Shown: positions 1 to 10,692, counted from the stretch's first letter. The stretch is 64,000 nucleotides of DNA from an uncultured Planctomycetaceae bacterium (GCA_963785305.1 CAWAUV010000004.1:64001-128000); one strand, 5' to 3'. Notes: generated by a model not told the origin, from the sequence alone. A program made the numbers and translations.

Positions 1-496
1 GCGAAAAAGAGACCGTCTTCCTCGAGCGGCGAATCGGGCCAGCGGTCGTAGGCGATCTCGAATTTCTTGGCGGCCTCGGCATACTTCTGGGCCCGATAGA
101 GCGACTCGCCGTCGGCGAAGGCCGCCTTGGCCAAGGCTTCGTTGGGCCCCCGACCGACGAGCTTCTTGAACCGGGCGATGTTGTTGTCGAGCGACAAATA
201 CTTGGCCCAGGGGCCATCGCGGCCATCGTCTTCGATGGCGCGCGGATCGGCGCTTTCTTGTCCTTGATCGGGCGTCCTTCCTCGTCGAAGAAGCCCGAGG
301 TGCCCTCGACATACCAGCCGCGGCCGGGCACATAGCGGGCGCGCGCCCGATTGGCGTCCCAGAAGGCTTCTTGCTCGGGCGTGAGCGGGGCATCAACGAG
401 CTCGTTCTCCGAGGGCTTTTTGTTGAACATCGCGCAGCCGCTCACGCCCACCCCCAGGCTCACGGCAATCAGCAACAACAAAAAACGCGACGCCAT
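1..496 (-). CDS. TPR-containing outer-membrane lipoprotein, BamD-like (5' part; runs off window; frameshift near 240)
   Basis: Manual translation from ATG 496: MASRFLLLLIAVSLGVGVSGC (lipobox). After a frame change: AKAAFADGESLYRAQKYAEAAKKFEIAYDRWPDSPLEEDGLFF, a TPR of BamD/YfiO type. Not in the ORF track. Confidence 0.55.
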   Translation of the reverse strand, partial: MASRFLLLLIAVSLGVGVSGCAMFNKKPSENELVDAPLTPEQEAFWDANRARARYVPGRGWYVEGTSGFFDEEGRPIKDKKAPIRAPSKTMAAMAPGPSICRSTTTSPGSRSSSVGGPTKPWPRRPSPTASRSIGPRSMPRPPRNSRSPTTAGPIRRSRKTVSFS

Positions 497-560
497 TACG
501 CAGTTTCTACAAAAAGGAACGCCGACGAGAAGAAAACCAACCGTGCCCGGAATTGACGGG

Positions 561-605
561 CCACGGTTCGCAAGCCCACGGTTCGCAAGCCCACGGTTCG
601 CAAGC
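561..605. repeat. 15-bp tandem repeat x3 (CCACGGTTCGCAAGC)
   Basis: Three exact copies at 561, 576 and 591, between recO and the BamD-like gene. Confidence 0.95.
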
Positions 606-650
606 GCGATCGCGAGTGGCGCCCGGCGGCCTCGAGCTTGGGCGCCGCGC

Positions 651-1400
651 TCAATCGCCGAGCTTCAAATAGCGGTGCATCCGCGGCCGGTGGCCGAGCA
701 TGTGCGTGATATACCGGGCCACCAGGTTTCGCGCTTCGGCGAAGAGCGCTCGGTCGGGCTTCGGCAGTGGTTCGTTTTCCTCGGCCAGCGACCAGGCGTC
801 GAGCAGGAGCAGCGTCTCGCCGCGCGTGGCCACGAGGCCCCGATGGCCCGGCCGACAATTCGCGCAGAGCACTCCACCGGCCACGAAGCCAAACGCAACG
901 CGCTCGGCAGGCTCGACCGCTCGACCACATTCGACGCATTGTTTCCATGCGGGGAGATGACCCAGGCGACGCAGTAAAGTTAGTTCGAAGCGAAGCGTCG
1001 CCTCGGCCGCGACACCCGGCTCGGCCAAGAGCGCGAGCGCGTGTCGGGCAGCGTCGAACGCTTCCGGATGCGGATCAAAATCGTCTGTCAGTTGGTCCAG
1101 GAGCTCCGCGACGTAATAGGCGGCATACAGCGCGGACAGATCGCCCTCGGATGGTCGGAATCGACGTTCGAGCTTGGCTTCGGTCACTAGGTTCAGGGCG
1201 TCTGATGATTTGCGGAGGAACACTATGCGACAGACGGCCAAGAGGTCAAGGGCAGACTCGAACGGACCTTTGAGCCTCCGTGCGCCCTTGGCCAGCCCGC
1301 GCACTTTGCCGAACTCGCGCGTGAATAAAGTGACAATGCTGCTCGTTTCGCTGAAGTCGATGCTGCGCAACACAATCGCGATAGCTTTCTCGGCCGACAT
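651..1400 (-). CDS. recO: DNA repair protein RecO
   Basis: AIVLRSIDFSETSSIVTLFTREFGKVRGLAKGARR N-terminal OB fold and CVECG...VLCANC Zn finger. Confidence 0.93.
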   Translation of the reverse strand: MSAEKAIAIVLRSIDFSETSSIVTLFTREFGKVRGLAKGARRLKGPFESALDLLAVCRIVFLRKSSDALNLVTEAKLERRFRPSEGDLSALYAAYYVAELLDQLTDDFDPHPEAFDAARHALALLAEPGVAAEATLRFELTLLRRLGHLPAWKQCVECGRAVEPAERVAFGFVAGGVLCANCRPGHRGLVATRGETLLLLDAWSLAEENEPLPKPDRALFAEARNLVARYITHMLGHRPRMHRYLKLGD

Positions 1401-1449
1401 CGGTTCACGGTTCGTGTTGGTGAGGCAGCCCATGCCCAAGGGGCGAGGC

Positions 1450-1929
1450 TCACGCGGGCTTCAAGTGCGCATACTTGCCGCGCCAGTGCAGCAGCGGGGC
1501 CCCAGCGCCGATTTCGGTCCAAAGCACTTCGCCGATCACGATCGTGTGATCGCCGCCCGCGTGTCGCTCGACCACCCGGCAGCCCACGACCGAAAGGGCG
1601 CCCTCGAGCACCGGTGTGTCGAGCGGGCCGAGCTTATGGGCGCAGCTCGCGAACGGATCGACCTCGCGCTTGTTCGAAAAGCGGCGCGAGAGCGGCTCCT
1701 GATCGTGGGCCAGCATATTCACGGCAAAGGGCTGGCCGGTTGGCAATAGCGCATGCATGGTCACCCGATGATCGATGCATGCCAGCACTAGCGGTGGATG
1801 CAAACTCAGCGAGGTGAATGAAGTGACCGTCATGCCGCGGGGACCCGTGGCCGAGCCGGTCGTGAGCACCGAAACGCCGGCCGCCGAATGGCCCAAGGCA
1901 TGTCGAAATTCCTCCGCGGTGACACTCAT
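1450..1929 (-). CDS. Flavin reductase family protein
   Basis: FRHALGH..GVSVLT, GMTVTSFTSLSLHPPLV, GGDHTIVIGEV motifs. Confidence 0.9.
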   Translation of the reverse strand: MSVTAEEFRHALGHSAAGVSVLTTGSATGPRGMTVTSFTSLSLHPPLVLACIDHRVTMHALLPTGQPFAVNMLAHDQEPLSRRFSNKREVDPFASCAHKLGPLDTPVLEGALSVVGCRVVERHAGGDHTIVIGEVLWTEIGAGAPLLHWRGKYAHLKPA

Positions 1930-2088
1930 GCTTTCTCGCTCTTCGCTCGATGGAAAAACCACGCGTCTCCGCGGCTCGCAATGACGATGCCCACGGTATT
2001 TGCCATCGTACGCGGCCCCCCGCGGGCGACACAAGGCGGCATCGTCGCGGCGGTGGCGGCGCCCGGCTGAACTGCCGCGAGCCAGCGC

Positions 2089-2799
2089 TCACGCGGGCAA
2101 TCGCGCCATGTCGACGATCTCGCTCCAGGCCGAATCGAGCGGAGCGGTCACGCGATGGCGAACGCGCGTCATCGGGTGCTCGAACTCCAGCTCGCGAGCA
2201 TGGAGCGCGATCGGCCGCAGCCGCCAGTCGTCGAGCCGTGGTCCGAATAGCGTTTCGGCGCCGTAGAGCTCGTCGCCCAGCACCGCGTGGCCGCGCGAAG
2301 CGGCTTGCACTCGCACCTGATGCGTGCGACCGGTTTCGAGCTCGATCTCGAGCAGGCTGCCCGCGGCATGTTCGCCCAGAGTGCGATAGCGAAGCACGGC
2401 GGGCTTGGCGCCGGGTTCTTCGGCCGCGACCACTCGCGAGCGCGGCTGGCCATAGACTTTGAGCAGGTGATCGGTCCACACGCCTTCGGCCGGCGCGACC
2501 CGGCCCTCGACCGCCGCCCAGTAAATTTTGCGCACCGTGCGGGCTTCGAACTGCCGCGAGAGCCAACGGGCCGCGCGAACATGCTTGGCAAAGACCATGG
2601 CGCCCGACACCGGCCGATCGAGCCGATGTGGCACGGCCAAATACACATTCCCAGGCTTCGACTCGCGATCTTTGAGAAACTGCTTGATGCGAATCTCGAG
2701 GCTATCGATGCCCGGTGGAGCTTGCGTGGCGACGCCCGCCGGCTTGGCGACCACGAGCACCGGTCCATCTTCCAACAGAATTTCGAAACCGGCGGGCAT
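2089..2799 (-). CDS. RluA-family pseudouridine synthase
   Basis: VVAKPAG, HRLDRPVSG (catalytic Asp), TGRTHQVRVQ, LHAREL motifs. Confidence 0.92.
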   Translation of the reverse strand: MPAGFEILLEDGPVLVVAKPAGVATQAPPGIDSLEIRIKQFLKDRESKPGNVYLAVPHRLDRPVSGAMVFAKHVRAARWLSRQFEARTVRKIYWAAVEGRVAPAEGVWTDHLLKVYGQPRSRVVAAEEPGAKPAVLRYRTLGEHAAGSLLEIELETGRTHQVRVQAASRGHAVLGDELYGAETLFGPRLDDWRLRPIALHARELEFEHPMTRVRHRVTAPLDSAWSEIVDMARLPA

Positions 2800-2892
2800 G
2801 GCAGTGAAGGCGGGCAAAATGGGTGGAGTAAATTTGAATCGATAATCCACGGAGTTCTGGAAGTTGCATGGCTGGCGGCCGAAGCTCGCCGC

Positions 2893-3465
2893 TCAGGCGT
2901 CGTTGAGCGTTTTGCTTGCCGCTCGGCTCAATGTCACCCGGCGAAGCGGCAATCCTAGCGCATCGGCAAGCCGCTCGGCGGCCGACCTATTGAAGGCGAC
3001 CGATTCCAACTCGCCGAAAATGCCAAGATGCTCGAATTGTCCATCGGGCCGCGCGAGCAATCGCGCCGGTCCGCCAACTTTGTTGCCGATATGCGGGCGC
3101 AAACGCGAGACATAAGTAATCGCGATGAGCTCGTCTTGGGCGATCGTTCGGCCATGGGCGGGGAGTTCCAAGCGACCGGTTCTCTTGTCGAGCCGGAAGT
3201 AATCGCCCTTGGCGGCAAAACGGTCGTGCATGTGTCCAAACAGCACGATCATCGCCGGCACGACGACCAGCCCATACCCTCCGAAGATCACATAAAAATC
3301 CTTTTCGCGCCCGCCGAAGTCGCCGCCGAACAGCGGTATCCACCACGGCGCGGCCATGATGACCGTGAACGTAAGAATCAACCAAGGGACCACGAATTTC
3401 ATGGGAATCAGACGTGGTCGCGCAATCAGCCGCTCAGCGGTTTCCTCGATTTTGACCGATTCCAT
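2893..3465 (-). CDS. Hypothetical membrane protein (2 predicted TM helices)
   Basis: Hydrophobic segments VVPWLILTFTVIMAAPWWIPLF and FYVIFGGYGLVVVPAMIVLFG; start uncertain. Confidence 0.55.
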   Translation of the reverse strand: MESVKIEETAERLIARPRLIPMKFVVPWLILTFTVIMAAPWWIPLFGGDFGGREKDFYVIFGGYGLVVVPAMIVLFGHMHDRFAAKGDYFRLDKRTGRLELPAHGRTIAQDELIAITYVSRLRPHIGNKVGGPARLLARPDGQFEHLGIFGELESVAFNRSAAERLADALGLPLRRVTLSRAASKTLNDA

Positions 3466-3639
3466 GCAATCGCTATCGCCCAGCAGCCAAGCCAAGTCGG
3501 CGTCCGTGGGCAGGTGATCGAATCGCAGGCTCTTGACGGAAAAGGCTCTGATCGTCATGAAAGCTATGGCTCGACGCCAATCCCCAAAAGCCACCAGCCG
3601 TTTCCTCGAAACCCCCGGTCCGAAGATCGACGATTCATT

Positions 3640-4257
3640 ATGCCGCCAAAACTGGTGCTCGGCACCTCGAACCGCAAGAAATTGATCGAACTGGGCGATC
3701 TGCTCGCGCCGCTCGGACTCGAGCTCGTCGCTTTGGCCGACCTGCCGCGAGCGATCGCGGTCGAGGAGACCGGCGATTCGTTTGCCGCCAATGCCCGGCT
3801 CAAGGCCGTCGAACAAGCCCGAAATTTGAAATGCTGGGTGCTGGCCGAGGATAGCGGGCTCGCGGTCAACGCGCTCGACGGAGCGCCCGGCGTGTATTCG
3901 GCCCGCATTTCCGGGCCCACGGCCACCGACGCCAAGAACAACGCCTGGCTCTTGGAGCGACTAGCGAACACTCCGACCGAGCGCCGCGGCGCCCATTATG
4001 TCTGCCACGCCGCGCTCGCCGATCCCACGGGCATGGTGCGGGCCGAGAGCGAAGCGATCTGCCGCGGGCGAATTCGTCGCGAGTTTTCCGGTTCCGCCGG
4101 CTTCGGCTACGATCCGCTCTTCGAAGTGCTCGAATACCACCGTACCTTTGGCGAATTGGGCGACGCGGTGAAAGCGGCAATCAGCCATCGGGCCCGAGCG
4201 ATCCGCCAGCTTGTGCCGCGGCTCGCTGAGTTGCTGGCCGGTGGCGATTGGAGTTGA
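3640..4257 (+). CDS. rdgB: Non-canonical purine NTP pyrophosphatase (RdgB/HAM1)
   Basis: LGTSNRKK, EETGDSFAANARLKA, EDSGL..LDGAPGVYSAR, GFGYDPLF, SHRARA motifs. Confidence 0.93.
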   Translation: MPPKLVLGTSNRKKLIELGDLLAPLGLELVALADLPRAIAVEETGDSFAANARLKAVEQARNLKCWVLAEDSGLAVNALDGAPGVYSARISGPTATDAKNNAWLLERLANTPTERRGAHYVCHAALADPTGMVRAESEAICRGRIRREFSGSAGFGYDPLFEVLEYHRTFGELGDAVKAAISHRARAIRQLVPRLAELLAGGDWS

Positions 4258-4289
4258 AGCGAACGGTTCACTCCCCCGGTAGACGATTC

Positions 4290-4973
4290 ATGTGCGGCCG
4301 CTACACGCTGAAAACAAGTCCGCAAGCGGTGGCCGAGGCGTTTGGCTTGGCCGACATGCCGCTTTTCACTCCGCGCTACAATATCGCACCCACGCAGTTG
4401 GTGGCCACCGTTTCGCTCGACCGGGGGCGACGCGCACTTTACTGGCGGCGGTGGGGGCTCGTGCCCTCGTGGGCCGACGATCCGGCGATCGGCAATCGGC
4501 TCATCAATGCCCGGGCCGACACCGTGGCCGATAAGCCTTCGTTTCGCGGGGCTTTTAAGAAACAACGCTGCCTGATCGTGGCCGATGGGTTCTATGAATG
4601 GAAAAAGATCGGCAAGACCAAGCAGCCGTATTACGTTCGCATGCGCGATGGCCGGCCGTTCGGCTTCGCCGGCTTGGCCGAAAATTGGCGCCGGGGCGAA
4701 CTGGCGATCGATTCCTGTTCACTGATCACCACCGAACCCAATTCGGTGATGGCCGCCATCCACGACCGCATGCCGGTGATCCTGCCGCCCGACCAGTGGC
4801 CGATCTGGCTTGATCCGACATTCGAGGACCGCGCGAAACTGCTGGCGATGCTACGACCGTATCTGGCCGACGACTTGATCGCGTCGCCGGTGGGCATGAC
4901 CGTGAACAACCCGAGAAACGAAGGCCCGGGCTGCATTGAAGAGCGGCCCGAACTCGCGCCGGAAACCATGTGA
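4290..4973 (+). CDS. SOS response-associated peptidase (SRAP/YedK family)
   Basis: MCGRY N-terminus, RYNIAPTQ, WGLVPSW, INARADT, GFYEW, HDRMPVIL. Confidence 0.93.
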   Translation: MCGRYTLKTSPQAVAEAFGLADMPLFTPRYNIAPTQLVATVSLDRGRRALYWRRWGLVPSWADDPAIGNRLINARADTVADKPSFRGAFKKQRCLIVADGFYEWKKIGKTKQPYYVRMRDGRPFGFAGLAENWRRGELAIDSCSLITTEPNSVMAAIHDRMPVILPPDQWPIWLDPTFEDRAKLLAMLRPYLADDLIASPVGMTVNNPRNEGPGCIEERPELAPETM

Positions 4974-5007
4974 TCGCGCCGGTCCGCTGATCCGTCGCGC
5001 GTGCCGC

Positions 5008-5352
5008 TCAGCCGGGCGGCCAGCTCAGGTCGCGACCGGCCAGCAAGTGGAAATGCAAATGATCGACCGACTGACCGGCGTCGCGGCCGTGGTTGACCAC
5101 CACCCGGTAACCGGCCTCATCGACTCCCAAGCTCCGCGCGAGCCGGCCGATCGTGAGGAACATATGACCCACGAGCGCGGCGTCGGCTTCGGTCAGCTCG
5201 GCCATCGACGCGATTTCTTTCTTGGGAATCACGAGCACATGCACCGGCGCTTGCGGATTCACATCGTGAAAGGCGAGGCATAGCGGATCGTCGTGAATGA
5301 TCTTGGCCGGAATCTCGCCATCGATGATCCGTTTGAAGATCGTTTTGGCCAT
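5008..5352 (-). CDS. Histidine triad (HIT/HinT) nucleotide-binding protein
   Basis: TIFKRIIDGEIPA, DVNPQAPVHVLVIPK, GQSVDHLHFHLLAGR. Confidence 0.93.
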   Translation of the reverse strand: MAKTIFKRIIDGEIPAKIIHDDPLCLAFHDVNPQAPVHVLVIPKKEIASMAELTEADAALVGHMFLTIGRLARSLGVDEAGYRVVVNHGRDAGQSVDHLHFHLLAGRDLSWPPG

Positions 5353-5406
5353 GCTGCGATGTTCCTTTCCAAGAGCCTGCCGCGGGCGATGGGAGGTTTT
5401 CGCGTG

Positions 5407-5688
5407 TCAGGCGCCCGCCGGTTCGGCGCCCGGCGCGAGCTGCGAGAGCGGAATGCCTTCGTCGATGAGCATCAGCGGAATGCGATCGACCACCGGATAG
5501 GCCACCATGCGATCCGTCCGCACCAGCGCGCCCTCGAGCGGATAACCGACCGCTTGGCCGGCGCGATTCTTCAGCAGGCCGGCCCGGGCGGCGGTGTTCA
5601 TCGATTCGAGGAGCGTCTGATCGGCCACGACGAGCGCCATCCGGCTTTCGGGGCAAACAAGAAACGAGAGCGGATCGGCTGGCGCCAT
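5407..5688 (-). CDS. Trm112-like (UPF0434) protein
   Basis: LSFLVCPESR...AYPVVDRIPLMLIDEG. Confidence 0.8.
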   Translation of the reverse strand: MAPADPLSFLVCPESRMALVVADQTLLESMNTAARAGLLKNRAGQAVGYPLEGALVRTDRMVAYPVVDRIPLMLIDEGIPLSQLAPGAEPAGA

Positions 5689-5800
5689 CGATGGGAACCC
5701 CTCGCGAAACGTGCAAAGAAAAAATTTCCGCCGAAGCCACTCGGCCCTGGCGGGTTGAGCGCGAGGCCGAGCTGCGTGGGGCGATCGCGTGTCAAAAAGT

Positions 5801-7275
5801 CTAGCCGTTGAGCTTGACGGTCACGGTTTTCAATTCGGTGTAGTGTTCGAGCGCCGCTTCGCCGTTTTCGCGGCCCAGGCCCGACATTTTGAAACCGCCA
5901 AAGGGCGTGGTGGCGTCGACCACATGGTAGCAGTTGACCCACACGGTGCCGGCTTTGACATGCTTGGCGAACAAATGCGCCTTGTCGATGTCCTTGGTCC
6001 ACACGGCGGCGGCGAGGCCATAGTTCGTGTCGTTGGCTCGCTCCGAAACTTCGGCCATGCTCTCAAAGGGCAGCACGCTGACGACCGGTCCAAAAATCTC
6101 GTCGCGCACGATTGCCATATCGTCGCGCACTTGGTCGAAGATCGTCGGCTCGACGAAGAATCCGCGATCGCCCACGCGCTGGCCGCCGGTCACCAGCTTG
6201 GCGCCTTGCTTTTGCCCAAGCTCGACATAGCCGAGAATCTTGTCGAGTTGCTCTTGCGACACTTGCGGGCCTTGTTCGCTGCGCTCGTCGCGCGGGTCGC
6301 CCACTTGGCGCTGCTTGGCCTTGGCGGCGAGCCGCTCGACGAATTCGCGATGGATTTTCTTTTCGACGAATAGCCGGCTGCCGGCGGTGCAGCACTGACC
6401 GCCGTGGAAATAGATCGCGTGGAAGGCGCCGGCCACGGCGTCGTCGAGATTGGCGTCGGCGAAGATCACATTGGGACTCTTGCCGCCCAGTTCGAAGGTC
6501 ACGCGTTTGAGCGTGTCGGCCGTGGTCTTTTGAATGATCTTGGCGGTGTCGACATGGCCCGTGAAGGCGATTTTGTCGATGCCCGGATGCGCGCACATGG
6601 CGGCGCCGGCGGTTTCGCCCAAGCCGTTGACGATATTGATCACGCCGGCCGGGAAGCCAGCTTCCACGGCGAGCCGCCCCAGCACGAGCGCGGTGAGCGG
6701 AGTTTGCTCGGCGGGCTTGAGCACCACGGCGTTGCCGCAGGCCAGGGCCGGTCCCCATTTCCAGGCCAGCATCAAGAGCGGAAAGTTCCAGGGAATAATC
6801 TGCCCAACGACGCCGACCGGCTGACGGAGCGTGTACGAGAAAAAGCCGCCGCGAACCGGCACCGTGCGGCCCTCGATCTTATCGGCCCAGCCGCCGTAGT
6901 AACGCAGTGTGTTGCACACTCCGCCGAGATCGCCGCGCGAGTCGCTGATCGTTTTTCCGGAGTTGTACGATTCGAGTCGGGCCAGCTCCTCGCCCTGTTC
7001 CTCCACGAGGTCGGCTAGGCGAAAGAGCAGCTTGCCGCGATCGGCCGCGTCCAAGTCGCGCCACTCGGGCGAGCTCGAGCCCGTCGAGCTGCTTTGACCG
7101 CCTTGTCCACGTCCTTGGCCCCACCGGCGGCGACGCTCGCAATCACTTCGCCGGTCGCCGGATTCAAGGTGTCGAACGAGCCGCCTTCGACCGGATCGAC
7201 CCATTGATTGTTGATCAAGAGTCGCGTCTCGCGAATTTTGGGCGTCGCTTTGGCGCCGAGCGTGGCTTGAGTCAT
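5801..7275 (-). CDS. Aldehyde dehydrogenase (frameshift near 7080)
   Basis: N-terminus [17 protein letters not shown] in ORF 7015-7275; IIPWNFP, FTGH, ELGGKS, GQCC, EIFGPV, PFGGFK in ORF 5801-7288. Confidence 0.92.
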
Positions 7276-7624
7276 GGGTGAGCCTCACTTGGGGGAATGA
7301 GAAGCGGTCGAAGGTGGCGGCGCGATGGTTTCGGGAGTATCGCGACTCCAGTGTTGAATTCGCTTGCCGGTCACCGCGGGTGGCCTAGCGAGCGCACGAA
7401 ATTCTACCGCCCAGCCCAGGCGAATTACAGGGGGCGAGGCGCCGTGGCGAAAAGCCATCGCGCGGTCGGGCAATGAGGCATTGCTCCGGCCGCCCCCATT
7501 CAAGCGAGATAGTTGATTCACCGCCGCGCCGCGGCTAACGTGATGGCTGTCTCGCCGTAGTCGCTTGGCGATCGTTTCCCCCCGCGAGTCGCCGCAGCGC
7601 GCCTCCACATCGAAAGGCTCCGTC

Positions 7625-8254
7625 ATGACCCGCTCTTGGTTGCTAGGGCTCCTCGCGATTTTTCTCGGTGTCTCGGTCCACGCCGCGGAGCCGCCCGCTT
7701 GGAAAGAATTGTTCGACGGCCATTCGCTCGTGGGCTGGGAAGGCAACGAGCAGGTGTTTCGCGTCGAGCAAGGCGCGATCGTCGGCGGCAATCTCGCCAC
7801 GAAGCTCGACCACAATGAATTTCTCGCCACCAGGGCCGCGTTTGGCGACTTCGAACTGCGGCTGAAATTCAAAGTGCGCGGCGAGAAGGTCAACGCCGGC
7901 ATTCAATTTCGCAGCCATCGCCTTCCGGGCGGCCCGCATGTGAGCGGTTTTCAAGCCGACCTGGGCGAAGGTTATTGGGGGTCGCTCTATGATGAATCGC
8001 GCCGCAACAAGACCCTCGCGCGGCCCGACGCCGAAGCGGTGAAAAAAGTGCTCCGCCCCGGCGATTGGAATGAATACGTGATCCGTGCCCAGGGGCCGCA
8101 TATCCAACTGTGGATCAATGGGCTGCAAACCGTGGACTACAAGGAGACCGACCCGGCGATCGCGCCGCGGGGAATCATTGCATTGCAAATCCACGCCGGT
8201 CCGCCGGCCGAGGCGTGGTACAAAGATATCGAAATCCGCGAACTACCGAATTAA
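7625..8254 (+). CDS. DUF1080 (3-keto-disaccharide hydrolase-like) secreted protein
   Basis: Signal peptide, LFDGHSLVGW, DFELRLKFK, NAGIQFRS, WNEYVI, GIIALQIH. Confidence 0.88.
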   Translation: MTRSWLLGLLAIFLGVSVHAAEPPAWKELFDGHSLVGWEGNEQVFRVEQGAIVGGNLATKLDHNEFLATRAAFGDFELRLKFKVRGEKVNAGIQFRSHRLPGGPHVSGFQADLGEGYWGSLYDESRRNKTLARPDAEAVKKVLRPGDWNEYVIRAQGPHIQLWINGLQTVDYKETDPAIAPRGIIALQIHAGPPAEAWYKDIEIRELPN

Positions 8255-8281
8255 CCCCTCGAAGCGAAAAGGGCGAATCCA

Positions 8282-9627
8282 ATGGCGCCATGCGGACTGA
8301 ATCGAAATCACGGCGTCGCGCGGCGGTGGCGGTTGGGCACGCGCCGACTCGCGATTGGCGCCGCCATCGCTTTCGCGCTGCCTCTCGCGCTCGCGCGGCC
8401 GCGACCGACCCGCGCCGCGGAGGTCGAACCGGTCGCCAATCCCACGATCGTCGCCGCGATCCAGCCATTTGTCGATCGCCATGAAATCGCCGGCGCCGTG
8501 GCGCTCGTGACGACCAAAGACAAGCTTCTTTGCCTCGAGCCGATCGGCCGGGCCGATGTCGACGCGGGATCTCCAATGCGTGCCGATACCATGTTTTGGA
8601 TCGCCTCGATGACCAAGTCGCTCACCACCACGGCGATGATGATGCTCGTCGACGAAGGCAAGCTGGATATCAATGATCCGGTCGAGAAATATCTGCCCGA
8701 GTTCAAGAACGTGTTTTTCGCCGATCCGGCGAGTCCCGGTGGTCGTCGTGCGCCGCGGCATCCGGTCACCGTGCGCGAGCTGCTCGGCCACACGCACGGC
8801 ATGTCGCCGGCCAAGACGCAAAGCCTGTCGCTGGCCGATGACGTGGCGGCGTTCGTCGCCGAGCCGATGGAAGCCGAGCCGGGCACGCGCTACAAGTATT
8901 CCAATGTGAGCATGACCACCGGCGGACGCATCATCGAAGTGCTCGGCGGCATGGCCTATGCCGATTTTCTCCAGCAGCGGCTGCTTACTCCGCTCGGCAT
9001 GACCGACACCACGTTCTGGCCCAACGAAGCCCAAGTGGCTCGCCTCGCGCCACTTTCAAGCAAAAGGCCGATGGTTCGGGCATCGAGGACCTCACGCACC
9101 GAGTCGAGTTCCCCACCGGCCCCTTGGCGCCGCCGGCGCTCTTCTTGCAATATGGCGCACAAAATGTGGCGATTTACAGGAATCGCTATGCGCATCCCAG
9201 CGGCGGGTTGTACTCGACGGCCGATGACTTGATGCGCTTCTGCCGCATGGCGCTTGGTGGCGGCGTGGCCGATGGCAAACGCTATGTGTCCGAGGCATCG
9301 ATCCGGCTGATGACGTCGGTGCAAACCGGCGACGCTCCGGTGAGCCCGCTGGAAGCCTATGGCCTTGGCTGGTCGGTCGAGATCAAGGACGCACCCGGCC
9401 ATCCGCATGTGGGCAGCTACGGCCACCGCAGCACGCACAAGACGATGATGTGGATCGATCCCACGAGCGGACTGGCGATGATTTTGCTTTTGCAGAGCTT
9501 TGATCTACCGAATCCGGTGCAGAACAAGCTTTACGAGGCCTTCATCGGCGCCGCGGAATCGCTCGCGCCGGCAGCGCCCGCCGCGTCGCCCTCGCCTTCG
9601 GCCCGGGCGATGCGACTTGTGCGTTAG
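8282..9627 (+). CDS. Serine hydrolase, beta-lactamase class C family (frameshift near 9060)
   Basis: FWIASMTK (SxxK), LLGHTHG, YKYSN, PLGMTDT; continues in ORF 9124-9627 with GGLYSTADDL and YGLGW. Confidence 0.85.
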
Positions 9628-9946
9628 AGTTTTTCTTATCCCATTCGCGCAAAGAGCGCCTCGCCCGGATGCGATCTTGTGCTGTTCGGAGCCAAAGCCG
9701 GTGGCCCCCAGGCGGCGCCGCCAGCGTGGCCGCGTTCATGGCGGTCTGCCAAATTTTGCCCGCGCTGGACTCCGGACCAGAAAGGTTACGGGAGGCTCGC
9801 TGGGCATTCGGAGGAATCCATGGCCATGAGCAATCGTTCCCGTGTGGATGGAAGGCGGCGACACAACCACATTGGACGGCTTTTGCGTGAAATTGCGCAT
9901 CGGGGAAGATAGCGAACTTTCCGACGGCGCCAGCGCTTTCCCGCAA

Positions 9947-10007
9947 CGGCAAGCCCCGACGGCAAGCCCCGACGGCAAGCCCCGATGGCAAGCCCCGACG
10001 GCAAGCC
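9947..10007. repeat. 13-bp tandem repeat (CGGCAAGCCCCGA) x~4.7
   Basis: Units at 9947, 9960, 9973, 9986 (C>T) and partial at 9999, just downstream of the LuxR regulator. Confidence 0.92.
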
Positions 10008-10038
10008 GCAAGGGCCACGCGCACTTTCACGGCATTCC

Positions 10039-10692
10039 TCACGAACCCTTCAGCCAGCCTTGATCCAGCGCATATCGCACAAGCTGCACTCGGCTTCGAA
10101 AACCGAGTTTGTCCATCAGTTTGGCCTTATGCGTTTCCACTGTCTTAACGCTCAGATCGAGCTCCGCCGCGACCTCCTTGTTCGAGTAACCTTCGACAGT
10201 AAGTCTCGCGATTTCGAGTTCCCGGTCAGTGAGGTCCGCCGCCCGAACCTGGCTGCCGCCACCGCGTCGGCCGCCGGTGGGCATGAGATACGCGCCCAGC
10301 GAGGGATCGACATAGCTGCAACCCGTGCTCACGGTGCGCACAGCGCGCACCAATTCATCGGCCGCCGCGCACTTGAGCACATAACCCCGGGCGCCGGCCT
10401 GCAATAGCCGCATCAAGTATCCGCGATCTTCGTGTACCGTCAGCGCCACGACTTCCACCGACGGGCACTCCCGCTTGATCCAGGTGGTGAGTTCGGCCCC
10501 ACCGACTTCGGGCATGCCTACATCGATCACCGCCACATCCGCCTGACAGTTTTCGAGCACTCGCTGCGCGTCGCGACCGTTGGTCGCTTCGCCGACGACG
10601 CGCATATCGGTCTGCGAATTGATGAGCGACTTCAGCCCTTCGCGCACAACCGCGTGATCATCGGCCAAGAATATGCGAAGCTTGTTCAACAT
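10039..10692 (-). CDS. NarL/LuxR-family response regulator
   Basis: IFLADDHAVVREGL, DVGMP, GARGYVLK, LTDRELE..GYSNKEVAAELDLSVKTVETHK HTH. Confidence 0.93.
   Translation of the reverse strand: MLNKLRIFLADDHAVVREGLKSLINSQTDMRVVGEATNGRDAQRVLENCQADVAVIDVGMPEVGGAELTTWIKRECPSVEVVALTVHEDRGYLMRLLQAGARGYVLKCAAADELVRAVRTVSTGCSYVDPSLGAYLMPTGGRRGGGSQVRAADLTDRELEIARLTVEGYSNKEVAAELDLSVKTVETHKAKLMDKLGFRSRVQLVRYALDQGWLKGS

Noticed and set aside
3028..3639. N-terminal extension of RdgB
   Set aside because: Overlaps the opposite-strand membrane protein gene; RdgB homology begins at 3640.
8282..9627. True beta-lactamase resistance gene
   Set aside because: Motifs fit the broad serine hydrolase/esterase family common in planctomycetes; there is no specific evidence of resistance function.
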